From Glaucostegus cemiculus (Eukaryota): a stretch of DNA of 64,000 nt. Location of the stretch: NCBI GenBank assembly GCA_976551045.1, contig CDPCPM010000012.1:7068001-7132000 (forward strand), read 5' to 3'. Positions 13,931 through 27,534 of this stretch are shown one piece after another. Made by a program: the position numbers and the translations under genes. Under the pieces are notes generated by a model, which had not been told where the DNA came from, did not search any database, and was given only the letters and a program-made list of their open reading frames with translations. How positions within the stretch are numbered: position 1 is the first letter of the stretch; every line of letters starts with the position of its first letter.

Positions 13931-16900
13931 TGATGGGTGTTATGTGATCAGAGAGTAAGAAAAGCATGTCCTGGCAATCTATGTGCACCATGCAATATCA
14001 GGGAGTGGGTCAGTCCAGTGCCAGAAACATTTGGGAATAGCATTCAAAACTCCTTTCCTTCTTCAGACTGGCACAGAAGTGCTGGTCTACATTTATGTTT
14101 CACAATCACATTCTCCCTCCCTATCTATACAACCTGTGAAAATCCAGACTGGAAGAGGTAACTGATAGAAACAGAGCACATGTCCATCTTCCATCACTGC
14201 ACATCAGCAACACATTATTGCTAATATTATTTTACAGACACCTTTTTTCCAATAAACTTCTTAAAGTAGGAAAATTCTACAAATTATTGGGGATTTTATT
14301 TTTTTTCAAAGGAGTCAAGGTCAACAATAGCCACACATAATCATATTTACCTGTATAAAAATAATAGCTTATGTTATTTGCACGTATTCATCCAGACATT
14401 ATGAGAATAAGGATTTAATTATTCTACATTTTTGTCGCACTTAGAAGAGTGCAGATTCCATGCAAGTGTATTGTTACAGCTAATCATTGTGACATTTTTC
14501 TTTGTAAGGATCTGCTGCATTTGTTCACTCAATGCTCAAAATACAATTTATTCAAAATTTACAAATTTGACAGTTGACTAGTATGTGGTCAACAATAATT
14601 GCAGTTCCAGAATTCAATACAGCGAAATTTGATACAGCAAAGCAAACATGGATATTTTAGTTGGGTGTAACTTGCATTTTTTTTCTTTCAGAGTATGGAT
14701 TTAAAATAAACATCTGTTCATCATAGCCACAATAGGGCGCATTCATTTTAGATCCAAATTTAAATTAACAAGTTTTGGAAACAATCTTTTACAGTTTGGA
14801 AAATGTAGGCTGACCTTTCCAAGGTTTCCAAAACTTTCATTCCAGCTAAATTGAGGTTGATTAAGTTACCATTCTAAAGAAGGCAAAATTTCCTGACTGT
14901 AAGAATCTTTCATTTGGCAGCAGCAGCAGAAATTCCACAATGAAACAGTGCACAATGTCCGGGCCCCCGGCTGACAGAGTAACAGGCCATTCCTTGCTCT
15001 ACGGATTCTACTTCATCATTGCTGGGACCTTGGTTTCATTTGCTTGATGATTTGTGTTTAAGTATAGCACAAGTATTTACCTCTTCTCATGAAACTATTT
15101 TAGTATGTAATAGGCAGAATAATCACAACATTCACTGCTGTTGCCCTGTTTATAAGATTTCTGCATCTTAAATGCCAAAAAACTAGATTCATTTACCCCT
15201 CTATAGCTCAATGCAAAACTAACCCCGTGGAAGTTTACTTTTAGAATGCATTTATCTATTTGCTGCATAAATATCTCAAAATATTTTGCATGCAGTTAGT
15301 TGCTTTGTGGTGTCAATGAACCTAAAATTCCACAAACTGCAAAAGCTTCGTGATCAGTTCACCTGATGTTATTTTAGAGAGGAATGTAACCAGTAGTCAG
15401 AAAACTCATACTGGTATTTGAATGGTGCAACAGAATCTTCAACATCCACTTGAACCACCAGAATTTTGGTTGAAAATCTTATTTGAAGAATTAAGACCAA
15501 GAACACATCCAATATTGTTCTAGGCTGTCAGCCTTGATGTGCTCAAGTCTCAAGAGTTGTGTACAAACTTAGAATGTTTTAATCTGAAGCACAACAGTAG
15601 TACCAACAAAGCCTGGCATGCATATTACTGTTCATAACAGTGACTTAGATTGTTTAGAAACTTTGTTCCATACTAGTGGCTAAATGATTTTAAAGAAATA
15701 TAGTGACAAGTTTCAACTGCACTGTTGCTGTGGCAGTATGCCCTCGTAATCAGCCTGTGCTAGAGGCAGCCAAATAAATATTAGGGCCCAATGCTGTTAG
15801 GTCAATTACCACATAAAATCAGCAAGCTTTCAAAGATGAAACTTGCTACTTGGTCTAGGGGAAAACATGCAAGTCCAAATGTATACAGTCTTCATTAGCA
15901 CTGCTACTGGTAGGCTAGTATCCAAATTGCAATTACTCTTTATTAAATCATCCATGGTGTTGTGAAAATCACACACAAACATCTGTACTGTACATACATC
16001 TGTTTCATGCATGTGTACTCATTGAGTACATATGCCACTAGATAATTGTTAGTCACCAGATTTCCAGTGGACATCAAGATCCAACCTAAATAATAGTAAA
16101 AGGGGTATTAGGACCTGCCCCATCCTCCATTGGAAGGACCTGCTGCAGTGAGTAGGGGTGGAAATCTGGCAATAACAAATTCAGCCCCAATCTATTCACT
16201 CCTCGAATGCTGGATTTTTGTCTCATGTTAAAGACTGGAACAATGCTAAAAGATTGAAATGAAAATGTTTTGATCCAGTATTAGCACTTGATTCAATTTG
16301 GTGTCAGCTTCAGTTCTGATGACTTTCTTCAGGTGGGTAGAATAGAGTGCTGACACCAATCCTCGATCAAGTTATATTAGACTTTGTACCACCAGTGTCC
16401 CAAGGATAAAAGAATTAGTCTTGGTTGAAATACACCCAGTTGTCAACTATCCACACAGTACGCTAGTGCAACACCCCAAAGGAATCTAATTGCATTAGAT
16501 TTGTAGTAGCTGTCAATGCTGTGACAGGAAGCACTTACAGAAAACTGCTTCCCCACCAAACTGTTAAAGGATAGAATTGAGATTTGTCTGTAACTCAAAT
16601 CGATATGGAGAAAGTTGCATCACTTCTCACCCTGGCCACTAGACGGCATGTTTCATAGATCAAAACGTGCAGGGATGCTGAGACCAGAGACTGGCAATCA
16701 ATGAGAAACACAGAAGGTGGTATGGGATAATTTGTAATGCAAATAAATCATTCTGGCTGAAAATGACTATGGCAATGGCAACAAACTATTTTCCATAGAT
16801 TAGCTTACAGTGAACACATATTCTTATATGTATCTTTAACACCATGATTAGAAAAAGAGTAAACTACTCCTAGTCAGTTGACAATTGATTCTCATTACAT

Positions 16901-16950
16901 GTTCATACCAAGGTGAAATAAGTGGAATCGCATCACTACATTAAAAAAAC

Positions 16951-17013
16951 AAATTTCTGTGCTTCATAAAAATTACAAGCAAACTTAAATTTCTGTGCTT
17001 CATAAAATTACAA
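16951..17013 (+). repeat. Short direct duplication (2 x ~27-28 bp, aaatttctgtgcttcataaaa(a)ttacaa)
   Basis: Two near-identical copies separated by 9 bp, read directly from the sequence. Confidence 0.9.
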
Positions 17014-20000
17014 TTCTTTCTCCCACAAGCAAGAGTAAACAAATAAAGGTTTGTTCTCCCAGGGTTGTACACGTACATCACAGACCTGAGATTTGTTACA
17101 TTGTTTCCCATGAATACAAAATTATTTTATTTTATTCTTCCATTTGTAACTCCAATAATTTTATAAAATAACAATTTTGTGCCAAAATAATGTTTCACCA
17201 AAAAAAAGAACCTCTATCTGTTAATTTTGGCTGTACATATTCCAATTTAAAGAGATGCAGAACTTGTTAATATAACCAGAAGTTGTTTCCAATCATGTTG
17301 GTAACTACCAGTTTAAATTGTAATTAGCTCTTTTTCCAAAACTAATAGTGACAAAATTGCCAGGAAGTGTATTTTTTTTTCCAATAATACAAGAAGAAAT
17401 ATTTTCTTTCATCCAATTTTCTCAAAATGCATTAGAAAGTATATAAATTTTCACCACAAAAAAATACACTGCTGCCCTGCTTAGTACACAGGATACATTC
17501 CCAGGAACAAGAAGGATAATGGAATCAGTGCAAAAAGGGGTCATTATAGTATTATATATAGAGTGTTACTGAGAGTGCTGCTGTGCTGGGAATGTGGCAT
17601 GAACTCCTGTCCTTCCACTGATGCACTGGCAACCCAGCACAATCCCTACCTTCTCCATTACTGTGTCATGTATCTGGTGCAAATCCAGCAATGAATCACC
17701 CCACAACTCAGTGTGAAGAGGCTGTCTGTGAGGACTGGTTTTGGCTGACAGAGACAAGTGGTGTAGCAACTCAGCACTGAGATGCTCAGGGCTGCTCTCC
17801 AACCAGCACAGTGAGTGCAGCCATTTCTGGAAACTGGCAGCACCTGCTCCACGTGTTGACCGACACACATCACATAAGGGATGATGAGAGAGACTGTTGG
17901 ATCTGGGCAGTTTGTCAATACATAGAGCACTCACTGTGCTGGCCAGGATACAGCTCTGTGCCTCACGTCCCAGTACTAAGAAGCTGTACCACTTGATCTT
18001 GCATGCCCATTGCCAGATCTCCCAGGCAGCCTCTCCAAACCAAGCAGTGGAGCACTTCATTGCTGTGACAGCACTGGAGAATATTCACACAACATTCCTG
18101 ATAGAGCAGGGGTTCGCGCCATATCTCTGGCACAGCCATTCGCAGCCCAAATGAATGTCTTTTTCCGAATAGTACCAGTGAGTGCTTTGGCTGGAGGACC
18201 AAGAGCAATATAATCAATGACTGGGCTACCAGTGTAGAGGAATAATCAGTTCATGCACTCACAAGGCAAACCTCTATATACCTTGCTTCCAAATTCCTGA
18301 CGTATACAAAATTAACGGATAAAATCTAAAGGTCAGGGGTATTGGTGGGTTCACTATATATTACCGAAATTTATCTTCGATGTAAAAATGTGATAGGTTT
18401 ATGACAAATTGCCCTAGGAAAAATACTTCTAACAGGCAGGATCCTTCAGCTAGGATCAATGCATTTGCAGCAACAATGAGAGCTGCATTTCTAAAAGCCT
18501 TGTATGAAAGTTAGAGAAACTGTGTTCCCATGTGTACATTTAACACAAAAATTCTAACTGGTTGGTATAACAACATGAAGCATTTCCAAGTTATAGGCTA
18601 TGTCTGGGTCAACTGGACTAAATAAGAATTTATTTTTAAAATGTCCCACAAGCCCTGTTGCCCAGCAGCTAAGAGGAAGCACATACACAGAGTTGCTATG
18701 CCAAACTAGTACAAAATACTTTGTACTCCACGTTACATCATGACATCAATGATTAGTCATGCCATTACATTCAAAATATATATGGATGTAGGCATATACA
18801 AGGTGACATCATGTCATCATCAAGGAGTCATGTTTATAACTCACTACCACTGGGGTACAAAACTTTTATTTGGTTTATTTAGACTGCTTGTCCAAAAATG
18901 CAAAAGTTGCATCTTTATCTGGCCATGGTGTTCTGAGACCTGAGCTACAGGAGCAAGCAACGGAACAGCATGTTATCCATACAGCAGGTTCTTTATTGAT
19001 GTTCCTTATTGGATATGTGCTACAAAAGCTTCAGATGTAAAGGTATGAACCCCAATGTGGGCTCAATGAAAAGATTAGGAGTTTGGGAGAAGAAACTTCA
19101 ATGCATTAATTCTCAATGTCAAAATCGAGATCAAATTTCATACCAATGATTTTGTGATCATGATGCAGGTATAAAATAAAAAAATATATTTAAGTTATCT
19201 GATGAGCATCTATAAATTAGTAATAATGTTCATATCTACATTATTAGCATAATAAATGAGAATTTTCAGAGATTTTAATAAAAGATTTGAACAGTAGATC
19301 AACCTGAGAATTGGCTTTTTCTGAATAGAACAGAAAGTGGTATAAGTCAATCGTTTTTAAAACTTTTCTGTCTAAGGATCATCTGCAAATATTGACAACA
19401 TCAGGTCTCCTTGAGTTTAGTTTTTTGCCAGCTTATACAAAAGAAGTTCAGGATTTCTTTCGCATTTATTTAGAAATAGAAGTGATGTGTGAGTAAGTCA
19501 ATAAGTGCAGAAATTTGCTTAGACATGGAATGAAATCTAATGAACTCACATGCCCTAGGAATACCCCAGCTGACCTACTCGAGTCCGGGGAAACCAATCT
19601 GAAAATCTATTGTGTAAGTTGAGAAAGAAAGGAACTTTCAGGAGGCATTAACTGCTGAATGTCTCATAGGTTGCGACCTGGAGACTTTTGGAACTGAAAA
19701 TTAAAGCTGCAGCTAAGAACATGTAATCAGACATGGTACATCCAACAGTGGTGTGCCAAAATTAAACAAAAGGTTCATTTTGCAAAAGAGCCTGCAAATT
19801 AATTTGTTCAGATTATTACTTTGATCTTGGGTAAAGGTTTTAAATGGGGAAAAGTGAAATATAGAACTTAGGTTTAGAAATCACTCTTCATGTGAGAATC
19901 TCCAAAGGTAGTTTGGAGACTAACGTATTATTGATAAGGTAGTTAAATACTAACTGAGTTACGTTTTATCAACTGGTGGACTAAAATTGTGAAATTGAAC

Positions 20001-20984
20001 CCCCCCCCAAATGCATGACTCATGGTAAATGGAATAACTCAAGCAAGATAAAATCAATTATTATAATAAAGCACTGTGTGAAATACTTTAAGTATAAAAG
20101 ATGGAGCTTTTATTAGGATTTTGATTTGATCAAACATAATCAAAACCTAAGCATGATTCAAGAAATTTTTCCATTTCATTAAAAGGTTGGGGGGGGGGGG
20201 GTTAAGGATTCAGTTAGCAATGTGAGCATCCAAAATACATTGTAAATGAGTCCATCCAAGCAGGTAGAAGGTTGATGGTAGTGGTGGTGAGATGTTGATG
20301 GTGGTGTGGGGAATGTGAAATAATAAGAACAGAAATATATCTTGGAATTATGGGGTTCCAGGGATTCAAGCAGATGCATTGAGCCTGCAAGTTTGCATTC
20401 ACACCTCGTGCAAAGGTAAAGGACATATTAACATGGCGAGATTTGGAAAGAAAGTGGTAAGATCCTGATGTTATGGCCCAATTTGGGATCAACAATATAT
20501 GGAAAAGAGAAATACTGAGGGAGTATCAGAAGTGAGTAATCACAGAGGGGAAAAAAGACACTTGCATGGGATCCTTGCAAACACAACTCAAGCCATGTGC
20601 TGACTGTCCAATCAGAAAGCTTGACTGTATGACAAAAGGACTGGTATAGTAAACTTGGGTTCAATCTCATGGGTGTCTGGGCCAGGAAACATTGTATTGC
20701 TAGGGTGAGCCCCTTTGAGCTAGGTTGGGATCAGTCCCAACCCAGCAGAAAGAATAAACAGAACTGCCAATAGGTCTTTAAACGAATAGAACCATATAAA
20801 GGATCTGCTGAAAATAACATAATTCAGAAGATGAAGAAGTCACTTTCAGGTTGGAATGTTTTAATCATTAAGAATCCACAGGAATCAGTTCTAGGCCTCG
20901 ATTTACATGAAGGGATCTATCGTGCAATGACTGGTGGGATTTCAGATGAGAAAAGATAGGTGGGAAAGCAGGTTGAAGGGAGGA

Positions 20985-21560
20985 TGCAAGGAGCTGGCAA
21001 GTAGATATAGATAGGCTAAGCACATGAGCAATTGTTTGGTAGGTGGAGTTTAACATGTGGAAATGTGGTAGGTAGAATTTAAGCTATTGTTTAAATAGAG
21101 AGGAATGCCAGAAAACCGCTTTACAGAGAGATCTGTGTTTCCTCATGCATGAAACACAGAAAGGTAGCATGTAGGCACAGCGAGTAATTAGGAAGGCAAA
21201 TGGAATGTCAGCTTCTATTGCAAGGGATGGAGTAAAGTATGGATTACACTGTATTTATATGGGGCTTTAGTAAAACACATCTGGACTTCTATGTACAGTT
21301 TTGATAGTCTTATTTACGGAGGAATATACTTGCATTGAAGGCAGTTGAACAAAGATTCATCCCTTGGATTCAATGGATGAAGGGAGTGTCTTAAACGGAC
21401 GGTTTGAACAGGCTGGGCCTAAACTCATGTTTAGAAAATGAAAGATGATTTCATTCAAACTTCAAAGATTATGAAGGGGATAGATATTGAGAGGATGGTC
21501 CCCCTCATGGGGACTCTAAAACTAGGGAACATATTTTCAGTACAGGAGGTCATCCATGGG
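20985..21560 (+). mobile_element. Decayed CR1 LINE, RT 3' region
   Basis: CR1 landmarks 'gatatagataggctaag...ggagtttaac...aaatgtg', 'gaaggcaaatggaatg', 'tgtacagttttg', 'aactaggg'; many stops and frameshifts. Confidence 0.8.
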
Positions 21561-22044
21561 TAAATAAGAAAAGTTTAAGTATTTTCAAGATAAAGCTTAA
21601 GTTGCTTCAGTAATGATAGCTCTGATTATATCCTGTGTTCTTCTATGCTCCTGCATTGGTTTTTTTCTAGCAACGTGAAATGATGTATTAAAGCATCAAA
21701 TAGAGTTATCACTCAGTGTATTGTGCATTGATTATATCATAGCATAATGTATTGCATCTAATTCTGTACACAGTACAAAGGGCAACAGTCCATTGCTGGA
21801 AGCACTACATAAAGAGCCCCAGCAGCAGGTGATTCCTGGTCTCATCTCCAAGTCCAGTCTTTCAAGTGCCACTTCAATGATTTAAAGTGCCACTTCAGTA
21901 ACTTAAAGCATCTGACCTAGACAGTGATCTTAGTTCAAAACCAACAAAGGACTGTTGTAGACGTAATCTTTTGGATGAGTCACTGCGCTGAGTCTTGATT
22001 TTGGCAGGTAGATGTAAAAGAATACTGTGTACCATTTGAAGAAC

Positions 22045-22450
22045 AGCAGAGGAGATGTTCTGGCCGAAGAAGTAGGGTTTTAAGGTGCATCTAAAGGAAT
22101 GAGACAGAGAGATTACTAGGCAGAGAGGCTTCAAAAGGATATTCCAGTCAGCTGCAGGTGAACCAACCATTGATGGAATAATTAAAATCAGGGGTGGACA
22201 AGAGGCAAGAACTGGAGAAACTCAGCAATCTTGTTAAGTTCTAGGACCGGACTGGAGAAAATTACTGCGAGAGGGAAAAGGAAGGCTACAGCAAAGCAAT
22301 GAAGAATTTTTAACCTTAAGTGTTGCCATGTTGGGAGGCATGCAGAAAGTTCATGGGTTAATAGGGTTTAGCGTTTGAGCAGTAGAATCTTGGATGAGAT
22401 AATTTTATGGAGGATGAAAGGTTGGCCAAAAAAGCATTGGAATACTTAAA
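22045..22450 (-). mobile_element. Decayed L2-type LINE 3' fragment
   Basis: 'gaagtagggttttaaggtgcatctaaagga...gagaggcttcaaaaggatattccag' resembles the L2 3' region also seen at 37110-37870. Confidence 0.55.
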
Positions 22451-23359
22451 CATACATGATAAATGTAGAACTTACAATGGGCATCAAAAGAAAGCATATA
22501 TTTAAATGGACTCCAATAAAATAATAGAAATGAAAACCATAGAATCATTTAGAAAACAAATGTTGCAATGACGATAGGTGCTTTCAAGTCATTCCAGACT
22601 TTTTCATCCAAACAAGCCAAAAGGCTATTCTCATCCATATATGTGAGATTGATTCCACTTGTATACAAATCTCTGAAGGGGCACTGTCTATATGTATATG
22701 TGTGTGTAGCTCCAGGAATCATGAAAGATGAGCAGCAATACCCATAAAAGGATGGTATCTTGGGTGCAATAAAGATGTTTTATCTTGTAAACAGTGTGAG
22801 GGTGTGGTGGAGGGGTTGTAAATGTAATTAGTGGGTGCACAGGCCCAGCCAATGATCATTAATCACAATAAACTCATACTCCTATGAGAATAATTTGTGA
22901 ATATTTAATATGCCTCTCTAAAAGTACCCAGATTTAAAACTATGTGCACATCTATAATCAGAAATAGTAATTCCAAATTGGTACCCAATATCTGACAATG
23001 TCAATGGGAGAAAGTAAAAGGAATTGTGGGGAAGTCTTCTGCTGAAATTCTGCTTTAAACACTGACATTTTCCCCACCCTTTCCATTTTGGCAGAAGCCA
23101 TATGTTTATTTCCCTCTCACATTTTCAATTTTAGAAGTGTCTAAAAGATGGAAGAAATTTGTGGAAGCCATTACTATTAGATTTTAACAGCCTATATTGT
23201 GTATTTTACAGGTTCTTATCATTGAGGATGAACATAAAGCCTTTCTTGGAACTTAAATCATGGGCATTCCAAAAGCAAATTTTAAAATTTGGTCCACCAT
23301 TCACCCACTGACCCCTTTCTCACCACTCCCTCTTTCCTCTTTGTACAACTGTTTTCTAT

Positions 23360-23480
23360 GGTGGTTGTGTTAGTGGACAGCAGCCAGAGTTTTGGACCAC
23401 TGCTCCAGAGTGATGAGTTCAAATTCCACCTTGGTGGCTAGACAATTTAAATTCAAGTAATTAAAACTCATCTAGAATTT
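23360..23480 (+). mobile_element. tRNA-derived SINE head (SacSINE1-like), truncated
   Basis: B-box-like 'gagttcaaattccacc' followed by 'tggct...aatttaaattcaag'. Confidence 0.5.
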
Positions 23481-23869
23481 TTAGAGGGCTCCACTCACCC
23501 ACACTGAGTCAGGAGTTGAACGGTATTCTCTTGTCTTATGTGGGGGCAAGTGGAGCTACAACAACACTATTGTTGAAAAGCAGCTATTCACCATCTTAAA
23601 CACTCACTCCTATCACATCAGGTGCACTGTGGCAGAGTGTTCACTGGTTGCTTTTTATCTATCCTATCAATGCAGTGTTACCCTAATGGATACAGAGTGG
23701 TTGACAGTTGGCAGAGGACTTTTAGAGTCTGCAAATGTCCTAGGAGGATAACCTTAACCGATTTTGTGCCTAAAAAGCAAAAGCTTAGGCAGTGTTTTTG
23801 GAGAAAGGAGCAATGTTTCAGGCTGATGACCTTTAACCAGAACTGGGAAAAGCTGGAAGTGAGACAAAT

Positions 23870-24025
23870 NNNNNNNNNNNNNNNNNNNNNNNNNNNNNNN
23901 NNNNNNNNNNNNNNNNNNNNNNNNNNNNNNNNNNNNNNNNNNNNNNNNNNNNNNNNNNNNNNNNNNNNNNNNNNNNNNNNNNNNNNNNNNNNNNNNNNNN
24001 NNNNNNNNNNNNNNNNNNNNNNNNN
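23870..24025. other. Assembly gap (156 N)
   Basis: Run of N; the flanks look like a Penelope-type purine-rich remnant (23790-23869). Confidence 0.99.
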
Positions 24026-24054
24026 ATGGTGGCAGTGCCGCAGGGAAATGACAT

Positions 24055-24357
24055 TTATATATTTATTTATTAGTCACATGTACATCGAAACACATAGTAA
24101 CATGGGTCTTTTTGCGTTACTCAGAATGTGCTGGGGGAAGCCCGCAAGTATCGCCACTCTTCCAGCGCCAACACAGCATGCCCACAACTTACCAACCCGT
24201 ACGTCTTTGGAATGTGGGAGGAAACTGGAGCACCCAGAGGAAACCCACACAGACACATGGGGAGAACGTACAAACACCTTACAGACAGTGGCGGGAACTG
24301 AACCCGGGTCACTGGTGCTGTAATAGCGTTATGCTAACCACTACGCTACCATGCTGC
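24055..24357 (-). mobile_element. V-SINE (tRNA head + V core) with a 'tttattagtcacatgtacatcgaaacac' 3' tail
   Basis: V-domain 'ggaaactggagcacccagaggaaacccacacagacac...ggagaacgtacaaac', B-box 'gaacccggg', head 'gctaaccactacgctacc'. Confidence 0.9.
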
Positions 24358-25014
24358 GAAGAAGGAAGATTTGTGGTAGGGTGGAGACCAGGAGAGATTA
24401 CAAGCAGTGGTGCTCGGATTCCGTATGATGTCCAAATTACTTCAGAAATAGGAGCATTTAGTTTTAAATGTTTTAACAGATTTTCAAGAAATGCACTGTT
24501 AGAGCACTTGGCAGTACAAGCATGCAATAAACAGCATGATGTTCAGAAAGGCAAGACTTGAATGTTACAGATATTTCTCTACCTCCAGCATGAAATTGGA
24601 AAGCAACTGGAGATGTGTGTCAACTAACAGGGAGTTCTAGTGGCAACCTGCAAATTAGCAAAATTGTTTGAATCTTTAGTCAATGAGATCCCATGTAAAA
24701 TTAGAATGTCCCACTTGAGGGAAAGATTTCCTAGCAAAACACTCAGGTTTAGAAAATTATGTCCCAAACTGCAGAGCTCTTTAAAGAATGCATAAGACAC
24801 ATATGGAGCTCAGACACAGTTCATGGTTTAAAGCAGAAAGTGAGACTGCAGCCAAACAAGATGCAACTATCCAAGAAGTTAGCATAGCAACAGCTGCCAA
24901 TATCAATACAGAGCATAAGTACTGTGGGCAGAACCCATAGCAGAAAAAAGCAAAAGGTTCCACACATGGTCAGCTGTGCAGGAAGCACAGAAAACTTTTA
25001 CAGCAAAATAATTG

Positions 25015-25320
25015 AAGCACTATGTGCATTTCTGGTTGCCACATTGCTAAATGTACAAACACTGGAGTGGTGAACCAAAGAACAACAAAAGTGATTCCAA
25101 GTGCAAGTTAAAAAAAATCAACCTGTTTTCTGTGATAAAATAGGTAAAGCAGTGAGGAACTTGGTAAAATATATACAGGATTAAACAGTTAAATAAATTG
25201 AGATTATAATTTTAAATCTAAATAGGCTAATGCATAACGGTCATGGGAAAGTGAAGTAAGAATAATAACTTGCATTCATATAATGGAGACTAAATTTGAT
25301 AGCTTTCAAAACAGACACTA
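25015..25320 (+). mobile_element. Highly decayed CR1 3' fragment
   Basis: 'tatgtgcatttctggttgccaca...gtgattcca' is the CVQFWSPH-coding region in degraded form. Confidence 0.5.
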
Positions 25321-25861
25321 TGATCAGCAAAAGAAACTCATCTGAACCCATCGCCACCCTTGCAAGACCAAGGTAAGGTACAGATGGGAGCAGGAGGAGC
25401 AAAGTGGAAGATAGGTGAGCATATGGGTCCCCTATGGAGAAGAGATTATGGCAATTATTGGAATGGCCATTACTGAGGCCAGAGTCAGATTCAAACCATC
25501 CAAGTTGTTGATAACCTCATATGATCCTTTTTCTTATACCCAACTTCCATCATAGCCAGACTGTTCTGATTTGTAAGCTATATATGGTCTTAGCACATTG
25601 CTAGTACTTTCTCTCCCACCCCTTCCTCTCTGTATTACAGCCAAAAGATTGGCCTTTTTTCCTTTGAAATCCCCAAGATCTACTACGTTGCCAGATGGTG
25701 GAAGAAGAGCAAGACACTATTGATGGAAACATACTGTCACTGATTTCAAATTTGCAACTATCAGCACAGTGTCATCAGAGATAACTTCCAGGATAGGAGG
25801 AATTAGATGTGGCAGGCTGAAAGACAAGACTGATGATAATTCAAAATTAAATGCACAGATA

Positions 25862-25942
25862 GGATAAGATCTTTATTAGTCACATGTACATCGAAACACA
25901 CAATGAAATGCATTTTTTGCATAGAGTTCTGGGGGTAGCAGC
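25862..25942 (-). mobile_element. 3' tail fragment of the SINE type at 24055
   Basis: 'tttattagtcacatgtacatcgaaacaca' is identical to 24067-24095. Confidence 0.85.
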
Positions 25943-26733
25943 CGAATATTGGAAATCCTTGAAGAAGGTTGTTTTCAGGATTAACTAGCATGGAGTTCTA
26001 CACCAAATTGATACAGAGCACTGTGTAGAGCTTGGAGCCCATCCTTTACAGTGTGGGAGCAATGACCAACTCAGTCTGCACACTTCTGGACCCTGTTACC
26101 TCTACCTTAAAAATATCCAAAGATTCTGCTTCTACCAACCTTCCTGGAAGAGAGTTAGACTCACAATCCTCTTAGTGGAAAAAGAATGCTTCATCGCTGC
26201 CTGAAATAGGCAACCCCTTATTGTGAAACAGTGGCCCAAGCTCTAGATTCCCCAGCCCATGACACTCATTACTAGGAATGCTGTGGAGGGTAGCAGACAT
26301 TCCATCAAAAAAAAATGGTGACTATCTCAAGATGACAGCATTCATCCACCCTATCTACCCATGCCACCAGTACTGTTGCTGATGTCCATCAGCCAGCAAT
26401 GTAGATTTCTGCGTCTCCTCAGGAGGCTGCTTGAAGTCCTATCCTATTGCCAGCTTGTGTAGTCTCCTGCACTGAAAGTCAGCAACCTTCCATGAGTCAC
26501 ATTGCAGCCACACATTAGCACTTTGTGATACTCAGATACACAAATGCTGTTGGTAGACCTGTAATAAGTATTTCACAAAGGAATTTAGGTGACTATTTTC
26601 TTTAAAACTGCATGAGTTACATTACAAATTTGTTTTGGAAATGTGTCATTTTGTGATAGCGTTATTTGGCATTGAGGGTGCTGTAATGACAATAACAGAG
26701 GGAAGATAAAGTTGCCAAGAGTGTAATTGGGGA

Positions 26734-27534
26734 ATAGAACACAGAACATTACAGCACAGTACAGGCCCTTCAGCCCACAATGTTGTGCCGACATTTTATC
26801 CTGCTCTAAGATCTATCGAACCCTTCCCTCCCGCATAGCCCCCCATTTCTCTGTCATTCATGTGTCTATCTAAAAGTCTCTTAAATGTCCCTAATGCATC
26901 TGCCCCCACAACCTCTGCTGGCAGTGCGTTCCATGCACCCACCACTCTGTGTTAAAAACTTACTCCTGACATCCCCTTATATCTGCCTCCAATCACCTTA
27001 AAATTATGACTCTCATGTTAGCCATTGTCAACTTGAGAAAAAGTCTCTGACTGTCCACTCGATCTATGCCTCTTATCACCTTGTACACCTCTATCAAGAC
27101 ACCTCTCATCCTCTTTTGTTCCAAAAGAGAAAAGCTCTAGCTCACTCAACCTATCCTCATAAGACATGCTCTCCAATTCAGGCAACATCCTGGTAAATCT
27201 CCTCTGCACCCTCTCCAAAGCTTCCACATCCTTCCTATAATGAGGCGACCAGAACTGAACACAATACTCCAAGTGTGGTCTAACCAGAGTTCTATAGAGC
27301 TGCAACATCACTTCATGGCTCTTGAACTCAACACCCCAACTAATGAAGGTGAACACACCACATGCCTGAACAACCCTATCGACCTGCACGGCAACCGTGA
27401 TCTATGGACGTGAACCCCAAGATCCTTCTGTTCCTCCACACTGCTAAGAGTCCTGCCATTAACCTTGTATTCTACCTTCAGATTTGATCTCCCGAAGTGT
27501 ATCACTTCACACTTATCTAGGTTGAACTCTATCT
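26734..27534 (-). mobile_element. CR1 LINE (HER1-like), 5'-truncated: RT C-terminus + 3' UTR
   Basis: ORFs give EFNLDKCEVIHFGRSN...DLGVHVH and LQLYRTLVRPHLEYCVQFWSPHYRKDVEALERVQRRFTRMLP, canonical CR1 ORF2 motifs; tail 'tagaacacagaacattacagcacagtacaggcccttcagccca'. Confidence 0.97.

Noticed and set aside
23622-24561. Long ORFs of 233 and 149 aa
   Set aside because: One spans the N gap and both read through a V-SINE; the peptides are typical off-frame SINE translations.
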